From Penicillus capitatus (lineage: Eukaryota > Plantae > Chlorophyta): a stretch of 64,000 nucleotides of DNA. A program made the position numbers and the translations under genes. Every line of letters begins with the position of its first letter. The first letter of the stretch is position 1. Of this stretch, positions 61,801-64,000 are shown piece by piece. The notes beneath the pieces were generated by a model. That model was not told the DNA's origin, searched no databases, and saw only the letters and a program-made list of their open reading frames with translations. The stretch spans positions 1,412,351-1,476,350 of the forward strand of contig OZ287697.1 in assembly GCA_965649825.1 (NCBI GenBank), given 5' to 3'.

Positions 61801-64000
61801 CGTCACTCAGAGATGCATCACTGCACCTCGACAGAAGACGGTGGTGCTATGCGGCTGTCCGAAGTCGCGGCGGACATTTACCATTCCAGCTTCCACCAGA
61901 ACAGTGCCAAATTCGACGGCGGAGCGATCTTCGCAGACAAAGGGAAGCTGACAGGGATCGGCTTGACCATCCGTGACAACATCGCCGATGAGGGAGGAGG
62001 GATTCTCCTGTGGGGATCCACATTCGTGATCGAGAACGCCGTGTTCACCAGTAACACTGCCCTGGGTGGCGATGGCGGCGGGGCCATGTGCGTGAGATCC
62101 TCTTCCGAAGTGAAGCTCGACAACGCGATCTTCGCACGCAACAGCTGCCCAGAACAGGGAGGCGCCGTTTTGGTCGAAGCCTCGCGACTGAGCATCAAGC
62201 GTTCGGTCTTCAGAGATGGAGAGGCGAAGAAAGCGGGAGGCTTTCTCTCGGCGATCTCGAACAGTGCTGTCGTGGTGGAAGAGAGTCAGATGAGCAGAGG
62301 CAGCGCCGAGAAGGGAGGAGCCGTCGCGGTGCTCGATGCGAGCTTCGAGGGACGCCACCTCGAGATCACTAGGTGCACAGCGAAATCGAACGGAGGAGCC
62401 TTTGTCTTCGAGTCCGAGAAGGCACCGCAGAACAACACAGCCACATTCGCAGGCTGCACATTCGCCAAAAACAGAGCCGGATTTGGAGGTCGGATTCGCG
62501 GCCATTGGGTAACACGTGACCCTGGTGTGATGTAGGAGGACTCTACGCGACAACCGGCGGTCAATCGCCCGCCTGCTCGGATGAGAAGGGCGACTGTTCC
62601 GTCGTCACTCTGCGGAGGACGATCTTCGAGAGCAACAACGCCGAGAAAGCGGGCGGCGCCATCTTCGTCAGCCAGTCGAGGAATCTCAAAATCAAGTGTC
62701 CCGAAGCGAACGACAGATCGACCCGCTCGCCAGGAAAGGGAAAAAAGGGTTACCTGGACGGACTTGCTTCGCCAAAGGTCGGCTGTGCGCAGTGGACGGG
62801 CAACAAGGCTGGATTGTACGGCGAAGTCGTCGCCTCTTATGCATCGCGACCCGTGGTGAGCGTTGAAGAGAATGGAGTCAAGACCGTCGTAACGGACAGA
62901 TCCAGTCCCTACCGCATCGAGGGCTACAAGAGTGGTTCGTCGTTGCCCACGATCACGCTACAGGTACAAGACGACTTCCGCCAGAGTCCGGCAATCGGGA
63001 GGGACTTCCGCAACATGATCGCCACCGTGTCCTCTCCAGATACACTCTTCGCCGGAAGGCAAAGTCTTCTGCTGGACAAGCATCAAGTCGAACATCAGGC
63101 CGTCGGATTTGCCAAACCGGGAGTCTACACCATCGACCTTGAATTCGAGGATGACTACGTCGAGAAGGTCAAGATCAAGGTCGAGGTGCAGAAGTGCATG
63201 ATCGACGAAGTGCCTTCTATTAGCGGCACGCTCTGTGAGAAGTGCAGTGCAACGACCTACAGCTTCAACCCGACCGACGACGAGGATCTGGGATGTCAGC
63301 CGTGTCCGGCAAACGGCAACTGCGAATCCCATGTGATCGCACCGAAAGATGGATACTGGCACAGTTCGCCGTGCTCGGTGTACATAAGGAGATGCCTGAC
63401 GTCCTACGCCTGCAACTTCGACGACCGCAAGGCAAAACTACAGGAGAAGACGAAACACATGGAGAGCTGCGATCTGAGTCCGGAGGACATCGAGGAATAC
63501 AAGAAAGCGCAGTGCGCAAAGGCAAGTGTTTTCCCGCCGATCACCGAAAGCCGTCGAAACGGGTCTGTCGCTTCGATTCAGGGTCATTCCGGTCCCCTGT
63601 GCGGATCGTGCGAGTCGGGACACGGGAGCTCGCTGTCTTCGAAATGCCATGAGTGTCCGACTACAGCTGGCAATCTCATGGTGATCGCCAGCTCGACGCT
63701 CATCCTACTCGTCCTGTCAGCCATCACGATCCGCGGGACACTGAGCGCCGTGCGGTGAGACCATCGGGCTCTCCCGGACGGCCTTCTGACGGACTGTGTG
63801 CGTCTTGCAGAGCTTCGGTCAGTCCATTCGCTAAAGTCCCTGAGGAGCCTGACGCTTCCGTCGATGGAGGCCACAGCACAGCGCAGAGTGACAGAAACGA
63901 TGGCGTGCACGCGAGCCCTTCCGTCCTGGCCAAATGGAAAGCCATCGAAATGCTCAAAGTACTGCAAGGTCGACGTCACACTTTTCAAGACGATGGAATG
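58830..64000 (+). CDS. R6: divergent Pmp-like beta-helix receptor-like protein, 3' part outside the window
   Basis: Exons 58830-59226, 59287-59608, 59670-62488, 62536-63521, 63582-63754, 63811-63958 join in frame. Intron 63522-63581 is GC-AG. Extra intron 63755-63810 removes a TGA and restores LAKWKAIEMLK. Next donor at 63959. Confidence 0.9.

Noticed and set aside
1-64000. CRISPR arrays, rRNA, tRNA or snRNA genes
   Set aside because: No regularly spaced repeat-spacer array or recognisable RNA gene was seen. A ttggctaaga match to U2 near 24840 lacks the rest of U2.

Overview
Eukaryotic DNA with very small GT-AG introns (44-64 nt) and the standard genetic code. It probably comes from an alga or other protist, but I cannot fix the taxon from sequence alone. 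Almost the whole window is one tandem cluster of a giant receptor-like gene family. Each gene encodes a signal peptide, a low-complexity pro-region ending in (R/K)-x-(L/V)-(L/R)-Q, a beta-helix cap, and a long right-handed beta-helix with Chlamydia Pmp-like FxxN/GGA(I/L/V) repeats. These are followed by an Ig-like segment, a Cys-rich (TNFR/GCC2-GCC3-like) segment and a multi-pass membrane domain with about nine hydrophobic stretches. I reconstructed five complete genes (R2, R3, R2', R4, R5; 1762-2316 aa) whose exon sums are divisible by three. Two more genes are cut by the window edges (R1, R6), and there is one membrane-domain-only copy and several pseudogenes. A ~10.2 kb segmental duplication (1629-11881 vs 25402-35527) acts as an internal control. 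It shows a strongly diverged block in the middle of the beta-helix flanked by near-identical sequence, a cytoplasmic tail apparently shared by gene conversion, and insertion-versus-empty sites. Genes alternate in orientation as head-to-head pairs of two membrane-domain subtypes. The window also holds three TG...CA solo-LTR-like insertions with 5-bp target duplications, a compact T-shaped hairpin and decayed coding remnants. No rRNA, tRNA or CRISPR array was seen. All alignments were done by eye; no searches were run.
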